Position numbers and translations under genes: made by a program. Positions 62,420 to 64,000 of a stretch of 64,000 nucleotides of DNA are shown in pieces (position 1 is the first letter of the stretch; every line of letters begins with the position of its first letter). The notes beneath the pieces are model-generated. The model made no database searches and was not told the origin of the DNA. It was given only the letters and a program-made list of their open reading frames with translations. The stretch is from contig QHTK01000046.1 of the NCBI GenBank assembly GCA_003220795.1, positions 6,156-70,155 on the forward strand, read 5' to 3'. Source of the DNA: Gemmatimonadota bacterium. Its GTDB lineage: Bacteria > Gemmatimonadota > Gemmatimonadetes > Gemmatimonadales > GWC2-71-9.

Positions 62420-64000
62420 GCGAGCGGCTGCTCAAGGGGATCGGCGTGTCCGCGGGGATCGCGGTGGGTCCCGCGGTCGTCGTGCGCTGGACCCTGCCGG
62501 AAGTGCCGCATCGCGTCGTGCCGCGGTCGCAGGTGGAGAAGGAGGTCCGCCGGCTGCGCGCCGCCGTGAAGGACGTCAAGCGCCACATCGCGGAGTTGAA
62601 GGCGAAGGCCGAGGACCGGGCGGGGGTGGACGAGGCGCGCATCTTCGACGCCCATCTGCTGATGCTCGAGGACAAGGAGTTTCTGTCGAGCGTAGCGGAG
62701 CTGATCCGTGAGAATCATCTCACGGCCGAGAAGGCGTTCGAGTTCAAGGCGCTCGAAATGCGCGATACCTGGATGGCCACCGGCAGCCCGCGGCTGAAGG
62801 ACCGGCTGGCGGATCTCTCCGGCGTGGTGATTCGCGTGATCGAGCACCTCATGCACCGCGGGGTGGACGAGCTGTGGGAGGGAATTACGCAACCCTCCGT
62901 GGTGGTGGCGAAAGAGCTGGGCCCCGGGCTCACGGTGCAGCTCGACCGCGAGCACGTCGTCGGGCTCGTGAGCGAGGAGGGCACGCGCACCTCGCACGCC
63001 GCGATCCTGGCGCACTCGATCGGCATTCCGGCGGTGTTCGGCGTGGCGGGTGCGATGCAGCGCATCGAGCCGGGCACGATGGTGGTGATGGACGGCACGC
63101 GCGGAATCGTCCTGCTCAACCCGACGGCACCGGAGATCGCCGAGGCGAAGGCACGCGAGCGGCGCCGGCGCGAACTCGCTTCGCAGCTCGAAGAAGTGGT
63201 CGAGCAGCCGGCCGTGACTACCGACGGCGTGCGCATCGTGCTGCGCGGCAACGTCGACCTCCCCGACGAGATCCGCCCCGCCCAGGAGCACCGGGCGGAA
63301 GGGGTCGGCCTGCTACGCACCGAGTTTCTCATCACCAGCCACACGACGCTCCCCACGGAGGACGAGCAGGCCGACTACTTCCGTCGCGTGGGGGTGGCGT
63401 TCGCCGGGCACCCGGTTGTGATCCGGACGTACGACCTGGGCGGCGACAAACTGCCCGGCCCGTTCCGCGTCCAGGCCGAAGGCAACCCGCAGCTCGGCTG
63501 GCGGGCGATCCGCGTGTGTCTCGACCGGCCCGAGATCTTCCGGACGCAGCTGCGGGCCGCGCTGCGGGCCGCGGCCCACGCGGACATTCAAGTGATGATC
63601 CCCCTAGTCACGCTGCTCGACGAAGTGGACCGCACGCGCGCGATGGTGAGCGAGGAGGCGGCGAATCTCACGCGGGAAGGCGTGGAGGCGGCGCCCTCGG
63701 TGCCGGTGGGGGTGATGGTGGAGACGCCGGCGGCGGCCGTGATGGCCGATCGGCTCGCCGCGGTGAGCGACTTTCTGAGCGTCGGCACCAACGATCTCAC
63801 GCAGTACACGCTCGCCGTCGATCGCGGCAACGCGCGGCTGGCCGATCGCTTCAACCCCCACGACCCGAGCGTGCTGCGACTGCTCAAGCTGGTGGCCGAT
63901 GCGGCGCGCGCCGCCGGCAAACCGGCGAGCGTGTGCGGCGAGATGGCGTCGGAACCGCTGCTGGCGTTCCTCCTCATCGGGCTCGGCTATGAGACGCTGT
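62416..64000 (+). CDS. ptsI: Phosphoenolpyruvate-protein phosphotransferase (Enzyme I), 3' end outside window
   Basis: ATGA overlap with ptsH. My translation MSERLLKGIGVSAGIAVGPAVV ... GTRTSHAAILAHSIGIPAV; frame open to the window end, so it is absent from the ORF track. Confidence 0.9.
   Translation, partial: MSERLLKGIGVSAGIAVGPAVVVRWTLPEVPHRVVPRSQVEKEVRRLRAAVKDVKRHIAELKAKAEDRAGVDEARIFDAHLLMLEDKEFLSSVAELIRENHLTAEKAFEFKALEMRDTWMATGSPRLKDRLADLSGVVIRVIEHLMHRGVDELWEGITQPSVVVAKELGPGLTVQLDREHVVGLVSEEGTRTSHAAILAHSIGIPAVFGVAGAMQRIEPGTMVVMDGTRGIVLLNPTAPEIAEAKARERRRRELASQLEEVVEQPAVTTDGVRIVLRGNVDLPDEIRPAQEHRAEGVGLLRTEFLITSHTTLPTEDEQADYFRRVGVAFAGHPVVIRTYDLGGDKLPGPFRVQAEGNPQLGWRAIRVCLDRPEIFRTQLRAALRAAAHADIQVMIPLVTLLDEVDRTRAMVSEEAANLTREGVEAAPSVPVGVMVETPAAAVMADRLAAVSDFLSVGTNDLTQYTLAVDRGNARLADRFNPHDPSVLRLLKLVADAARAAGKPASVCGEMASEPLLAFLLIGLGYETL

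Noticed and set aside
1-64000. Integron integrase (intI), attI or Pc promoter inside the window
   Set aside because: No tyrosine-recombinase-like ORF on either strand. attC polarity places them left of coordinate 1.
1-64000. tRNA, rRNA or tmRNA genes
   Set aside because: None of the few non-coding gaps above 100 nt (for example 30783-30877, 35332-35556, 45828-45989, 48418-48574) shows cloverleaf-compatible or rRNA-like sequence by eye.

Overview
Visibly GC-rich bacterial chromosomal fragment; lineage cannot be determined here, though gene content resembles soil Gemmatimonadota/Acidobacteriota-type genomes. The dominant feature is an integron-type gene-cassette array. From the left edge to about 23 kb, almost every short + strand ORF is followed by a 132-143 bp imperfect palindrome. 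Each palindrome starts with GCCTAAC (RYYYAAC, R'' box) and ends with GTTAGGC (GTTRRRY, R' box), which is the architecture of attC recombination sites. I count 19 sites with both boxes recognisable, plus about 15 half-sites or relics. They fall into a major class (A, with two centre subtypes), a 102 bp minor class (B) and one compact 79 bp site. No integrase or attI lies in the window. The attC orientation places them upstream of coordinate 1, and the first cassette ORF is cut by the window edge. attC integrity decays left to right: sites are intact to about 16.5 kb, mostly halves or relics between 17 and 28 kb, and faint relics continue to about 47.45 kb. This suggests that roughly 47 kb of co-oriented accessory genes is a progressively fossilised cassette array. 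Cassette cargo is mostly small VOC/glyoxalase, DinB, cupin and NTF2/SnoaL folds, methyltransferases, P-loop kinases, lipoproteins and small membrane proteins. It also includes a three-gene ABC-transporter/esterase cassette. Inside the fossil zone is a tandemly duplicated two-gene module (DUF305 protein plus a roughly 660 aa LVIVD-type beta-propeller lipoprotein). From about 48.5 kb the window is ordinary core genome: argS, a PfkB kinase, purM, ribD-ribE-ribBA-ribH-nusB, a GT4 glycosyltransferase, and hpf-hprK-PTS(Man-type IIA/IIB/IIC/IID)-ptsH-ptsI (ptsI runs off the right edge). No rRNA, tRNA or CRISPR array was recognised. All family assignments come from reading the translations by eye; no searches were run.
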